Both the position numbers and the translations under genes were made by a program. Below, one piece after another: positions 54,437 to 64,000 of a stretch of DNA of 64,000 nucleotides (positions within the stretch are counted from its first letter, which is position 1; the number at the start of each line of letters is the position of its first letter). A model generated the notes under the pieces. It did no database searches. It saw only the letters and a program-made list of their open reading frames with translations, and had not been told where the DNA came from. This DNA is from Pseudomonadota bacterium (GTDB lineage Bacteria; Myxococcota_A; UBA796; SXON01). Where the stretch lies: contig JAUXTN010000093.1 in NCBI GenBank assembly GCA_030684355.1, positions 22,894 through 86,893 of the forward strand, written 5' to 3'.

Positions 54437-54988
54437 TCAGACCGACGGGGCGCCGTCCGCCGCGAGCAGCCGCCCGTAGCGGACGAGCTCGCGGCCGAGC
54501 GTGCCGAGCTCGTCGCCGATGGCGGCGCGAACGGGCTGGCCCTGCGCATCGAAGGCCTCGCCCGCGCGCGGGACGCTGACCTGCGCGGGGAGCACCCACG
54601 CGCCGACCCAGCGCGAGACCTGGCGCAGGTGGTTCAGCGTGTTCATCGCGCCGGCGTCTCCGCGGGCCGTCGCGACGAGCCCGATGAGCTTGCCGCGGAG
54701 GTCCTCGGGGCCGCAGAGGTCGAGGGCGTTCTTCAGCACGCCGGTGAAGCTGCCGTGGTACTCCGGCGAGCCGACCAGGAGGGCGTCCGCCCCCGCGAGC
54801 TGCGCCCGGAAGGCGTCCACGCGGGGGCCGTAGGCGTCCACCGCGCGGCCGTCGCACCAGGGGAGCCCGTCGAGGTCGACCCAGCCGACCTCCGCGCCGC
54901 CGCTCTCGGCGGCCGCGAGGGCGATGGCGAGGGCGTTCCGGGTGGAGGAGGCGGGACGGAGGGAGCCGCAGACGGCGAGTACGCGCAT
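54437..54988 (-). CDS. NADPH-dependent FMN reductase family protein
   Basis: MRVLAVCGSLRPASSTRNAL, LLVGSPEYHGSFTGVLKNALD. Confidence 0.88.
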   Translation of the reverse strand: MRVLAVCGSLRPASSTRNALAIALAAAESGGAEVGWVDLDGLPWCDGRAVDAYGPRVDAFRAQLAGADALLVGSPEYHGSFTGVLKNALDLCGPEDLRGKLIGLVATARGDAGAMNTLNHLRQVSRWVGAWVLPAQVSVPRAGEAFDAQGQPVRAAIGDELGTLGRELVRYGRLLAADGAPSV

Positions 54989-55066
54989 GGGGCGCGGCTA
55001 TCCGTCGCGGGGCCGGGCCGCTACCCCGCGCGCGTCTCGACGCGCTGGCCGCTCCGGACCCGGCCG

Positions 55067-55792
55067 CTACGGACGGAGCGCGTAGCCGACGGCGGCGGCG
55101 TGATCCTGGAGGGCCTCGATGTAGTCCATCCCGCTCGCGGTCGGGTTGGCGGCGTAGGCCTCTTTCGCGAGGCGCAGGGCCTCGTCCAGCTCGCCCTCCC
55201 GCTCCGCGTCGACCGCCAGGTTGTGGAGCTGGCGGGAGGTGCCCGGCTCGGGGTCCGGGTAGAGCGTGCGCCGGATCGTGGCCGGGAGCGGGGCGAGCTG
55301 ATCGGCGAGGTCGGTCGCGAGGTCGCGGCGCACGGCCTGCTGGAGCGTGAAGACGCGCGGCATGTCGAGCTCGCCGTCGCTGATCCAGGGGCCGCGGACG
55401 CGGCGCTCGGAGCCGCCGGCGAGGCGGACGGTGGGCGCGGCGGGGCTGTCCACGATGAGCACGGCGTTCGCCCAGCCGCGCATGTCGTAGCGGCGGCGCT
55501 CCTGGAACACGTTCGTCCCGTAGACGATGCCGGGGAAGTTCTGCTCGAGCTCGACGATGGTGTCGATCTCCTGCTCGCAGTCCTGCACCAGGAGGCGCAC
55601 CGGCGCGTCGGGCTTCACCACGACGCCGGGGCGTGCGGAGAGGGTCTTCGCGAGGTCATCCGCGACACGCTTGCAGGGGCGCTCCCCTGCCACGACGCTG
55701 ACCTCGAGCCCCGGAAGCTCGTACGAGGGCCTCGGCTGCACGTCCCACGAGACGTGCTTTGCGCAGCCGAGCATCAAGAGGAGGACGCCCAT
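55067..55792 (-). CDS. lipoprotein, unknown function
   Basis: The internal ATG at 55792 gives MGVLLLMLGC (lipobox). 241 aa. The C-terminal helices are TPR-like. Confidence 0.65.
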   Translation of the reverse strand: MGVLLLMLGCAKHVSWDVQPRPSYELPGLEVSVVAGERPCKRVADDLAKTLSARPGVVVKPDAPVRLLVQDCEQEIDTIVELEQNFPGIVYGTNVFQERRRYDMRGWANAVLIVDSPAAPTVRLAGGSERRVRGPWISDGELDMPRVFTLQQAVRRDLATDLADQLAPLPATIRRTLYPDPEPGTSRQLHNLAVDAEREGELDEALRLAKEAYAANPTASGMDYIEALQDHAAAVGYALRP

Positions 55793-55835
55793 GCAGACAG
55801 CATGTGGTCCTCTGTCCCCAACGGCAAGCGTTTCC

Positions 55836-57137
55836 CTACAACTTGTTGCCGAACACACGCTCCAGGACGGTGGAGGCGTGGCGCACGTACCAGACGGGGT
55901 CGCACGCGGCGCGGAGCGTGGCCTCGCCGAGCACGCCCGCGACCTCCGGATCGAGCAGGAGGAGGTCGAGGAGCGGGGTGCCCTCGGCCCAGGTGCGCAT
56001 CGCGTTGCGCTGGACGCGCGCGTAGGCCTCTTCGCGGGTGAGGCCGCTCTCGACCAGCGCGAGCATGACGCGCTGGCTGTAGAACAGGCCGCCCGTGAGG
56101 TCGAGGTTGCGCTGCATGTTCTCGGGGTAGACCACCAGCCCGTCGAGGAGCCCGCGGAGGCGCACCAGCATGAAGTGGAGCGTGATCGTCGCGTCCGGCG
56201 CGATCACCCGCTCGACGCTGGAGTGCGAGATGTCGCGCTCGTGCCAGAGCGGCACGTCCTCCGTCGCCGCCTGCGCCCACCCGCGCATGAGGCGGGCGAG
56301 CCCGGTCAGGTTCTCGGAGAGGATGGGGTTCCGCTTGTGGGGCATCGCGCTCGAGCCCTTCTGCCCGGCGGTGAACGGCTCCTCGGCCTCCAGGACCTCG
56401 GTGCGCTGGAGGTGGCGGATCTCCACGGCGATCTTCTCGATGGAGGTCGCGATGAGCGCGAGCACCGTGAAGTAGAACGCGTGGCGGTCGCGCTGGATCA
56501 CCTGGTTCGAGGCCGGGGCCGGCGTGAGCCCGAGCTTCGCGCACACGTAGGCCTCCACCGAGGGGTCGAGGTGCGCGAACGTGCCGACGGCGCCGCTGAT
56601 CTTGCCGACGGAGATGTCCGCGATCGCGTGGTCGAGCCGCTCGCGGCCGCGTCGGAGCTCGTCCCACAGGATGGCGAGCTTCCACCCGAAGGTCGTCGGC
56701 TCGGCGTGGATGCCGTGGGAGCGGCCGATGCAGAGGGTGTGGGTGTGCTCGCGGGCGCGCCGCTCGAGCACGACGAGGACCTCGTCCAGCGCGCCGCGGA
56801 TGAGGAGCCCGGCCTCGCGGAGCTGGGCGGCGAGGGCGGTGTCGAGCACGTCGCTCGAGGTCATGCCCTTGTGGAGGTGCCGCGCGGGCTCGCCGACGTG
56901 CTCGGTGACGTTGGTGAGGAACGCGATGACGTCGTGCTTCAGCGTCTTCTCGAGCTCGTCGATGCGCGCGATGTCGAAGCCGGCCTTCGCGCGGCAGGCG
57001 GCGGAGGTGCCGACGGGGACCTCGCCCCGGGCCTCCATCGCCTCGCAGGCGAGGAGCTCGACCTCCAGCATCACCTGCAGGCGGCGCTCGGGGGTCCAGA
57101 CGGCGACCATTTCGGGACGGCTATAGCGGGAGATCAT
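55836..57137 (-). CDS. purB: adenylosuccinate lyase
   Basis: MISRYSRPEM, GSSAMPHKRNP (fumarate-lyase signature), 433 aa. Confidence 0.95.
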   Translation of the reverse strand: MISRYSRPEMVAVWTPERRLQVMLEVELLACEAMEARGEVPVGTSAACRAKAGFDIARIDELEKTLKHDVIAFLTNVTEHVGEPARHLHKGMTSSDVLDTALAAQLREAGLLIRGALDEVLVVLERRAREHTHTLCIGRSHGIHAEPTTFGWKLAILWDELRRGRERLDHAIADISVGKISGAVGTFAHLDPSVEAYVCAKLGLTPAPASNQVIQRDRHAFYFTVLALIATSIEKIAVEIRHLQRTEVLEAEEPFTAGQKGSSAMPHKRNPILSENLTGLARLMRGWAQAATEDVPLWHERDISHSSVERVIAPDATITLHFMLVRLRGLLDGLVVYPENMQRNLDLTGGLFYSQRVMLALVESGLTREEAYARVQRNAMRTWAEGTPLLDLLLLDPEVAGVLGEATLRAACDPVWYVRHASTVLERVFGNKL

Positions 57138-57245
57138 GGGGCTCTCGGGGCGGGCGGGCTTCTATCCGGAAGTGGGGAGCCGGGCGCGGATCCGGAGGCC
57201 ATCGGCGGGGGAGGGCGGGGGCGTGGCGGTCAGGCGGTGTCCCGA

Positions 57246-58043
57246 TCAGAGCGCGCCTTCGTACCGGAGGGTGCGGAGCCCCACCGTCGCGCCGGCGGCC
57301 TCGAGCACGGCGGCGAGGGGCGGGTTCGCCTCCGCGCGCACCTCGACGTGCGCGAGGTCGGGGCGGCGGAAGGGGCGGAGGGCCCGCAACAGCGCGCCCG
57401 CGAGCGAGGGGGTCGCCACGGCGAACGGCGTGATCCCGGGGACGTCGGGATCGAGGACCCCGGCGCCTACGAAGCGAACGCCGTCGCGGAGCACCCGCAT
57501 GGTGCGCGCGGCGCGGGCCCGGGCGTCGGCGAGGGTGCCGGGGATCAAGCCCAGCTCGGCCTCGGCGCGGGCGTCCTCGTCCGGGGCGCACGTCCCGGCG
57601 GTCACGCCGGGCGGGTCCGCGGGGAGGGCGTCGATGTCGGCCCAGTCGGCGAACTTCAGGAAGACGGACTCGAAGATCGGCGCCATGCCGACGGACGCGT
57701 AGAGCCGCAGCGCGGCGACGTTGTCGGGCCGCACGTTGAGGCACCACCGGGTGAGCCCCCGGGCGCGGAAGCCCTCGCCCGCGGTGTCGAGGAGCGCCTT
57801 GCCGACGCCCCGCCCCCGCGCGTGGGGCGCCACGACCACGTGGCGGATGTACGCGGTGTCGACCAGCGGCTGCCCGTACAGGTAGCCGACCGCGGCGCCG
57901 CCCTCGTCCGCGATGAGCGTGGTCGCGACCATCTCGGCGGTCCACCGCGCCTCGGACGGCGGCGCGTGGTGCGCGGTGAGCTCGGGGAAGAGCCGAGCGA
58001 AGTCGGGGTAGTCGGCGGGAAGCGCGGGGCGGATGCGGAGCAT
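57246..58043 (-). CDS. GNAT family N-acetyltransferase with a C-terminal extension
   Basis: MLRIRPALPADYPDF, and VVVAPHARGRGVGKALL (acetyl-CoA motif). Confidence 0.8.
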   Translation of the reverse strand: MLRIRPALPADYPDFARLFPELTAHHAPPSEARWTAEMVATTLIADEGGAAVGYLYGQPLVDTAYIRHVVVAPHARGRGVGKALLDTAGEGFRARGLTRWCLNVRPDNVAALRLYASVGMAPIFESVFLKFADWADIDALPADPPGVTAGTCAPDEDARAEAELGLIPGTLADARARAARTMRVLRDGVRFVGAGVLDPDVPGITPFAVATPSLAGALLRALRPFRRPDLAHVEVRAEANPPLAAVLEAAGATVGLRTLRYEGAL

Positions 58044-58120
58044 GTGCGCTTGTACCGCGACCCGCGCGGGCGCGCGCTCGGAATCCGTGCGGCAACGACG
58101 AGCCCGGATACGACGGTCGT

Positions 58121-59320
58121 ATGTCCACCTCCCCACGCCTCGGCGACCGCTCCCTCTTCCCCGATCTCGAGCCGCGCGCCTACCTCGCCCATTGCGCGAT
58201 CTCGCCGGTCTCCGCGCCCGTCCGCGCCGCGGTGGTCGACTACGTCGACAGCTACGCCCGCCACGGCGTCGGGGCGCTCGGCACGTGGTTGGAGCAGCGG
58301 GCCCGGCTCCGCGGCTCCCTCGCGCGGCTCATCGGTGCGGGCCCCGAGGACATCGGGCTCGTCGCCAACACGACCACCGGCGTCATCGACATCGCCTTCG
58401 GCATCGCGTGGAAGCGCGGCGACAAGGTCGTGGTGTTCGACGGCGAGTTCCCGGCCAACGTGACCCCCTGGCAGCAGGCCGCGGAGACCTTCGGGCTCGA
58501 GATCGTGCGGCTCCCGCTCACCGGGTTCGGGCTCCCGGGCGAGGCCCTGGACGGGCTCGCGCGGCTCCGGGCCTGCTTGCGCGACGGCGTGCGGCTCGTC
58601 GCGGTGAGCGCCGTCCAATTCCAGACCGGCCTGGCGATGCCGCTCGCGGAGATCGCCGCGCTCTGCCGCGGCTCCGGCGCCGAGCTGTTCGTGGACGCGA
58701 TCCAGGCCGTCGGCGTCGTGCCGATCGATGTCTCCGTCGGCATCGACTACCTCGCCTGCGGCAGCCACAAGTGGCTCATGGGGATCGACGGGTGCGCGTT
58801 CGTCTACGTGTCCCCGGAGCGCGTCGGGGCGCTGGTCCCCCGGCTCGGCGGCTGGCTCTCCCACGAGGACCCTGTCGGCTTCCTCCTGGGCGCGAGCCCG
58901 CTCCGCTACGACCGTCCCCTCCGCGCGCGTGCCGACGTCTTCGAGGGCGGCGCGGCCAACGGTGCCGGGCTCGCGGCGCTCGGCGCGGGGGTCGAGGTCC
59001 TCGAGGCGCTCGGCGTCGGCGCCGTCCACGCCCACGTCCAGCGCTGGCACGATGCCATCGAGCCCGAGCTCGGTCGGTTCGGCCTGGCGTCGCTGCGGAG
59101 CCCGAACCCGGGCGGTCGGTCCGGCATCCTCGCGCTGCGGCTCATGGGGCTCGGCGACGTGCAGCGCCTCGTCAAGGCGCTCGGCACCCGGGGCATCGTC
59201 GTGAGCGCCCCCGAGAACAACCTGCGGATCGCCCCGAGCTGGCCGAACGCGCTCGACGAGGTCCCCGTGGTCGTCGACGCCCTCGACGGCGCCGTCCGCG
59301 AGGCCCTCGGCCTGTCGTGA
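58121..59320 (+). CDS. class V aminotransferase-fold PLP-dependent enzyme (cysteine desulfurase/isopenicillin-N epimerase-like)
   Basis: YLACGSHKWLMG (PLP lysine in SHK). 399 aa. Confidence 0.82.
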   Translation: MSTSPRLGDRSLFPDLEPRAYLAHCAISPVSAPVRAAVVDYVDSYARHGVGALGTWLEQRARLRGSLARLIGAGPEDIGLVANTTTGVIDIAFGIAWKRGDKVVVFDGEFPANVTPWQQAAETFGLEIVRLPLTGFGLPGEALDGLARLRACLRDGVRLVAVSAVQFQTGLAMPLAEIAALCRGSGAELFVDAIQAVGVVPIDVSVGIDYLACGSHKWLMGIDGCAFVYVSPERVGALVPRLGGWLSHEDPVGFLLGASPLRYDRPLRARADVFEGGAANGAGLAALGAGVEVLEALGVGAVHAHVQRWHDAIEPELGRFGLASLRSPNPGGRSGILALRLMGLGDVQRLVKALGTRGIVVSAPENNLRIAPSWPNALDEVPVVVDALDGAVREALGLS

Positions 59321-59383
59321 GGACAATCGAATAAACGTGACGCCGGAGCGTGGAGGCGTGTCTACGTTCCCGCCCTCACCGGA

Positions 59384-60400
59384 GTGGCGTTGGCCGACAT
59401 CGTGGTGCTCGGTGCCGGCCTGTCCGGGTTGGCTTGTGCGGGAGCGCTCGTGCGCGCCGGCCGCGACGTCGTGGTGCTCGAGAAGGCGCGCGGCGTCGGC
59501 GGGCGTTGTGCCACCCGGCGCATCGAAGGGCAGGCCGTCGACCATGGGCTCGGCTTCCTGCACGGCACCGATCCGGAGTTCCTCGCCGCCATCGACGGCG
59601 TGCGTGCCCTGCGCGTCCCCGGGTGGCCGCGCGTCGTGTCCGGCCAGGGCACGCCCTGCCACCCCGCGGCCTTCGACCCCGCCACGCGGCGCCTCGCGTT
59701 CGCCGACGGCGTGAACGTGCTCGCGAAGCACCTCGCGCAGGGGCTCGACGTGCGCCTGAAGACGAAGGTGACGGCGATCGAGCTCGCGGAGGGTGCGGTC
59801 ACGGTCACCGCCGACAATGGCGAGCGCCACACCGCGCCCACCCTCGTCCTCGCGCTCCCGGTCGAGCAGTCGGCCGCCCTCCTCGACGGGATCGAGGCGT
59901 TGGCGCCCGCGCGCGCCCTGCTCGGCACCGTGCGCACCCATCCGTGCTGGACCGTCATCGCGCGGTACGACGGCCCGGACGACGCCCTCGACGCCGAGAT
60001 CGTCTACCCGGCGGGCGGTGCCCTCCAGCTCGTCGCGCACGACTCGTCCAAGCGGCCGCATCCCCGCGTGCGGACACTCGTGCTGCAGGCCCGTCCGTCG
60101 TGGTCCGCGCGGCACCTGGCGGACCCTCCCGAGCACGTGGTGGCCGCGCTCGTCGCGGAAGCCTCCGAGCAACTGGGCCCCTGGGCCGCGGCGCCGGTCC
60201 TGACCGTCGCGCACCGATGGCGGTACGCTCGGATGGACCGCGGCGCCGGCCTCGCGGCGCCCTACCTGGTGGCGCTCCCCGGCGGCGCGCGGATAGGAAT
60301 TGCAGGCGAGGCGTTCGACCCCGTGGGCGGCGCCGAGGCGGCCTTCCGATCGGGGCGTCGTCTGGCGCGGCGCATCGCCGGAGGAGGAACCGATGAGTGA
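59384..60400 (+). CDS. NAD(P)/FAD-dependent oxidoreductase (renalase/COG3380-like)
   Basis: DIVVLGAGLSGLACAGALVRAGRDVVVLEKARGVGGR (dinucleotide fold). GTG start. Confidence 0.82.
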   Translation: MALADIVVLGAGLSGLACAGALVRAGRDVVVLEKARGVGGRCATRRIEGQAVDHGLGFLHGTDPEFLAAIDGVRALRVPGWPRVVSGQGTPCHPAAFDPATRRLAFADGVNVLAKHLAQGLDVRLKTKVTAIELAEGAVTVTADNGERHTAPTLVLALPVEQSAALLDGIEALAPARALLGTVRTHPCWTVIARYDGPDDALDAEIVYPAGGALQLVAHDSSKRPHPRVRTLVLQARPSWSARHLADPPEHVVAALVAEASEQLGPWAAAPVLTVAHRWRYARMDRGAGLAAPYLVALPGGARIGIAGEAFDPVGGAEAAFRSGRRLARRIAGGGTDE

Positions 60401-61118
60401 GCTCGAGGAGCTGGTCGAACGCGACCGGGACCACGAGTGTGGCGGCCTGGGCGCCGACCACGTGTGTGTGCGCCTGGTGGGGGTGGCCGAGCTGCCGACC
60501 CGCTTCGGGCATTTCCGGATCGCCGCGTTCTGGAACAACCGGGACGGCAAGGATCACGTCGCCATCATCAAGGGGAACGTCCGCGGGGGCGAGGACGTGC
60601 CGACGCGCCTGCACAGCGAGTGCCTCACCGGCGATGCCCTGGGATCGTTGCGCTGCGATTGCCGTGATCAGTTGGAGTCGTCGCTCTCCAAGATTGGCGA
60701 GTTGGATCGCGGCATCGTGCTGTACCTCCGCCAGGAGGGCCGTGGCATCGGGCTGATGAACAAGGTGCGCGCCTACGCGCTCCAGGACCGCGGGCTCGAC
60801 ACCGTCGAGGCCAACCTCGCGCTCGGATTCGGGGACGACGAGCGCGACTACGCGATCGCCGCCCACATGCTCCAGAGCCTGGAGGTGGGCTCCATCCAGC
60901 TCATGACCAACAACCCGAACAAGATCAAGCAACTGGAACAGTTGGGCGTACGTGTCAGCGGGCGCCTGCCCCATTTGTTGCCACCCAACCCGTACAACCA
61001 GTTCTACCTGGAGACCAAGGCGAAGCGCTCCGGGCACTACATCGACTTCGGCGTGCGCCTGCCCGAACAGGCCGAGCCGGTCGTGGTCGAGGGGATGCCC
61101 GAGCCCGACCTGAAGTAG
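60393..61118 (+). CDS. ribA: GTP cyclohydrolase II
   Basis: RLHSECLTGDALGSLRCDCRDQL (Zn site), YLRQEGRGIGL, EANLALGF, LMTNNPNK. It overlaps the upstream gene by 8 nt. GGAGGAGG lies upstream of the start. Confidence 0.93.
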   Translation: MSELEELVERDRDHECGGLGADHVCVRLVGVAELPTRFGHFRIAAFWNNRDGKDHVAIIKGNVRGGEDVPTRLHSECLTGDALGSLRCDCRDQLESSLSKIGELDRGIVLYLRQEGRGIGLMNKVRAYALQDRGLDTVEANLALGFGDDERDYAIAAHMLQSLEVGSIQLMTNNPNKIKQLEQLGVRVSGRLPHLLPPNPYNQFYLETKAKRSGHYIDFGVRLPEQAEPVVVEGMPEPDLK

Positions 61119-61164
61119 GCGGACCGGGGGCGGGTGGCGTAGTATCCGCGGGCCTGGAGCTCCC

Positions 61165-61662
61165 GTGTCCGATGCCGCGCCCCCCAAGAGGGCATCCGCC
61201 GCGCTGATCATCCTGCTGGTGGTCGCGGGCGGGGTGTGCTTCCTGCTCCTCCCGTTCATCGGGATCGTGGCGGCCATTGCCATCCCCAACTTCCTCACGA
61301 TGCAGATGAAGGCGAAGCGCTCGGAGATCCCCGCCAACGTCGACGGGATCAAGACCGCGGAGCTCTCCTACGACGCCGCCTTCGACGAGTTCATCTCCGT
61401 GTCGAGCCGTAGGGAGGCGGAGGCCGAGCTTGCCCAGGGCGGGGGTGAGCAGCGCCCCTGGCGCGGCGGATCCCAGTGGGAGAAGCTCGGGTGGCGGCCG
61501 GACGGGACGGTGCGCGGCGTCTACTGGGTCGAGGCCTCGAGCGACCAGCGGTCGTTCACCGTGTACGGGCTCTGCGACGTGGACGGCGACGGCGACTACG
61601 CCGAGTTCAAGGCCTCTGACGAAGCGAACGCGCGCATGACGACGCCCGCGGGCGTGTACTGA
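61165..61662 (+). CDS. type IV pilin-like protein lacking a canonical prepilin leader/cleavage motif
   Basis: GIVAAIAIPNFLTMQMKAKRSE...IKTAELSY matches the pilin alpha1-C region onward. The N-terminus is a different TM segment, without G/FTLIE or Glu5. Confidence 0.75.
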   Translation: MSDAAPPKRASAALIILLVVAGGVCFLLLPFIGIVAAIAIPNFLTMQMKAKRSEIPANVDGIKTAELSYDAAFDEFISVSSRREAEAELAQGGGEQRPWRGGSQWEKLGWRPDGTVRGVYWVEASSDQRSFTVYGLCDVDGDGDYAEFKASDEANARMTTPAGVY

Positions 61663-62666
61663 TGCTGTTCGCCTTGTTCGCGGCGTGCACCGGCCCCACG
61701 GTGGACGACACCGCGCCGGAGCCGCCGGTCACCTGCGCCGCAACCGGCGCGATGGACGACGTGTTGAGCCTCCCGGACGTGCAGGCGCTCGGGACTCACA
61801 ACAGCTACCACATCGAGCCCGACAACGTCGTAGACGCGTCTCACGCCTACACGCAGCCGACGCTCGACGCGCAGGCCGACGTGGGGGTGCGCGCCTTCGA
61901 GCTGGACGTCCACCTGGACGAGGAGGGCGTGTTCCAGGTCTTCCACCTGCCGGTCGTCGACCAGGAGTCCACCTGCTCGACGCTGGGGGCGTGCCTCGAC
62001 GTGCTGCTCACGTGGTCCCACGCCCATCCGTGTCACAGCCCGCTCACGGTCTGGATCGAGCCGAAGGACGACATCGACGCGGCGGTCGAGGGGCTCGTCC
62101 CGCTCGCCGGGCACCTCGCCGAGCTCGACGCCGCCATCACCGACGTGTGGCCTCGCGACGCCCTCCTCGTGCCCGACGACGTGCGGGGTGGGCGCGCGAC
62201 GCTCGCCGAGGGGGTCGCCGCCGGCTGGCCGTTGCTCGCGGACACCCGTGGCCGGCTGCTCCTGGCGCTCCTGGACAACGACGAGCACCGGACCGAGTAC
62301 CTCGCGGGGGCGCCGGCGCTGGAGGGCCGCGTGCTCTTCGTGAAGAGCGACAGCGCGGACGATGCCTTCGCCGCCACCTTCAAGATCGACGATGCGCCCG
62401 GGAACGCCGCGCTCGTGCAGGACCTCGTCGCCCGGAACTTCCTCGTGACCTCCAACGTCGACAGCAACGAGGCCGACGATGCGACGAACGCCGCCCGGTT
62501 CGCGGCGGCGTTGGACGCCGGTCCGCACAACTTCGCGTCGGACCAGGTCGTGGCCGTGGCCGGGTCGGCCTACGTCGCCGAGCTCCCGGGTGGCACCCCG
62601 CGCTGCCACCCGAGCCGGGTCGCCGAGGGCTGTGGGCCCGAGATCGTCGAGCCACCGGAGCCCTGA
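61662..62666 (+). CDS. PI-PLC X-domain-like (Ca-dependent phosphoinositide phospholipase C-like) lipoprotein
   Basis: MLFALFAAC lipobox, LGTHNSYH, RAFELDVH, TVWIEPKDD. TGATG coupling to the pilin-like gene. Confidence 0.75.
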   Translation: MLFALFAACTGPTVDDTAPEPPVTCAATGAMDDVLSLPDVQALGTHNSYHIEPDNVVDASHAYTQPTLDAQADVGVRAFELDVHLDEEGVFQVFHLPVVDQESTCSTLGACLDVLLTWSHAHPCHSPLTVWIEPKDDIDAAVEGLVPLAGHLAELDAAITDVWPRDALLVPDDVRGGRATLAEGVAAGWPLLADTRGRLLLALLDNDEHRTEYLAGAPALEGRVLFVKSDSADDAFAATFKIDDAPGNAALVQDLVARNFLVTSNVDSNEADDATNAARFAAALDAGPHNFASDQVVAVAGSAYVAELPGGTPRCHPSRVAEGCGPEIVEPPEP

Positions 62667-62737
62667 CGGCTGGGGGGCACCCGCCACCCCGGCTCTCTGC
62701 CTGCGTGACGAACGAGCAACGGGCTACGCTGCGCCCG

Positions 62738-63733
62738 ATGTTCCCGCTGCTCGTTCTCCTTGCTTGCACCGCCACGGATGGCCCCTGGAAGGACGAGGTC
62801 GGTGACACCGCCCCTCCGCGCGTGGACTCGGTCCCCACCGACACGGACCCGGACACGGAGCGGGACACCGCCGACACCGCCGACAGCGGGGGGGCCCCGG
62901 GCCCGGTCCTGCCCGTGCCGTGCGACACCTGGGCCGAGCCCCGCGACGTGGGCTACCTCGCCGACCCCGAGCGCGAGGAGGTCTCCGGGGTCGCACCGTC
63001 GCTCGTGAACCCGGGCGTCCTCTGGATGCTCGAGGACCACGGCAACGCCCCCGCGTTCTACGCCATCGACCTGACCGGCGCGGCGCTCGGGACGCTCACC
63101 CTCGAGGGGATCGAGAACGACGACTGGGAGGCCATCGCGCTGGGGCCGTGCCCGACGGGGAGCTGCCTGTGGGCGGCCGACGTGGGCGACAACTCCGCGG
63201 TGCGCACGGAGGTGCAGCTCTACCGCGTACCGGAGCCCGCCGTCGGGTGGGGCGGCGGGCTCGACGCCACCGTGGTCGCCGAGCGCTTTCCGCTCGTCTA
63301 CGCGGACGGCCCGGTCAACGTCGAGGCCATGTTCCTCACGCCCGAAGGCCTGCCCGTGTTCCTCTCCAAGCGGGGCGACGGGACCTCCCGGGTCTACGTC
63401 GTCGACACGCTCGTGGCCGACGAGGTCGCCGCGCCCCGCTACGTCGGTGAGCTCGCGACGTTCGCCGACGGCAGCGAGACCGGCGGGCTCGTCACCTCGG
63501 CAGACCTCTGGCCGGACGGCTCGCGCCTCCTCGTGCGCACCTACGACGGCGCGTGGGAGCTCGATCTCGGCGACGGCGGCATCGAGGGCATCCCGACCGC
63601 CCCGCGCATCGCGCTCCCGTTCGCGGACGAGCGGCAGGTGGAGTCCGTCGCCTACGACACCGTGCTCGGCGGCTACTGGCAGATCCCCGAGGGCGTCAAC
63701 GTGCCGATCTCGTTCGTGGCCTGCCTGGACTGA
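62738..63733 (+). CDS. lipoprotein with D/T-rich linker and propeller-like body, unknown function
   Basis: MFPLLVLLAC lipobox, PTDTDPDTERDTADTAD linker. 331 aa taken from the tail of track ORF 61685..63733. Confidence 0.7.
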   Translation: MFPLLVLLACTATDGPWKDEVGDTAPPRVDSVPTDTDPDTERDTADTADSGGAPGPVLPVPCDTWAEPRDVGYLADPEREEVSGVAPSLVNPGVLWMLEDHGNAPAFYAIDLTGAALGTLTLEGIENDDWEAIALGPCPTGSCLWAADVGDNSAVRTEVQLYRVPEPAVGWGGGLDATVVAERFPLVYADGPVNVEAMFLTPEGLPVFLSKRGDGTSRVYVVDTLVADEVAAPRYVGELATFADGSETGGLVTSADLWPDGSRLLVRTYDGAWELDLGDGGIEGIPTAPRIALPFADERQVESVAYDTVLGGYWQIPEGVNVPISFVACLD

Positions 63734-64000
63734 CTACGGCGGATCCGCCGGCGCGCCCGGGAGCCGCCAGCCGCGCGTGGCCTCGTCGGCGGGCGGCGTG
63801 AGCGTGACCCGGGCGGGCTCGAAGGCGGTCCCGGCCGGCAGCGGCGCCGCGGCCGCGATGATCCCGGCGAGCAGCACGTTCCCGGGGAGCGTGGGGTGCA
63901 CGCGGTCCATGAAGAGGGCGTCGTCGAGGCCGAGGTAGCGAGCGTCCGGCAGGAACGCGGGCTCCGTGCGCACGGCGGTCGCGCCGCACCCGGCGGCCAC
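63734..64000 (-). CDS. SGNH/GDSL hydrolase family protein (C-terminal part; gene continues beyond the right edge)
   Basis: MDRVHPTLPGNVLLAGII is an SGNH block V (D-x-x-H). The stop is at 63734-63736. The true start lies outside the window. Confidence 0.6.
   Translation of the reverse strand: MAAGCGATAVRTEPAFLPDARYLGLDDALFMDRVHPTLPGNVLLAGIIAAAAPLPAGTAFEPARVTLTPPADEATRGWRLPGAPADPP

Overview
A 64-kb, very GC-rich chromosomal segment (roughly 70-75% by eye) that is densely coding on both strands. I call about 65 protein genes and see no rRNA, tRNA, CRISPR array, transposase or integrase. Many long ORFs in the track are antisense or out-of-frame Arg/Pro/Gly/Ala-rich artefacts of the GC content; I called genes only where the translation shows recognisable family motifs or a plausible signal peptide or membrane topology.

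Housekeeping content:
- a divergent UvrA-family ATPase
- the pyruvate dehydrogenase operon (E1 alpha, E1 beta, E2, lpdA)
- apaG, purB, an ATP-type phosphofructokinase, ribA, selO and azoR
- a Mla/Mce-type lipid ABC system and an ABC-2 exporter

The rest is envelope and secretome genes: many Cys-lipobox lipoproteins, Asp-Thr repeat linkers, and one MYXO-CTERM-like sorting tail. Together with the GC content this suggests a Myxococcota-like organism; that is inference only.

Items most worth a second look:
1. A roughly 1.7-kb lower-GC islet with only a contractile-tail tube gene and a gpD/VgrG-like hub gene. No sheath, baseplate or other tail genes are present.
2. A 37-nt hairpin-forming repeat in three copies. 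Two copies are 37/37 identical in inverted orientation, and two begin exactly on TAG stop codons.
3. A same-strand array of an MBOAT, an SGNH protein with an internally duplicated C-terminal module, an unknown protein, and two stand-alone cNMP-binding proteins.
4. A MATE exporter directly followed by an MbnP-like multi-Cys lipoprotein with no MbnH partner.
5. A very stable 75-nt extended hairpin in an unusually AT-richer convergent intergenic region.
6. A pilin-like protein lacking the prepilin cleavage motif, coupled to a PI-PLC-X-like lipoprotein.

All family assignments come from motif recognition by eye. No database search was run.
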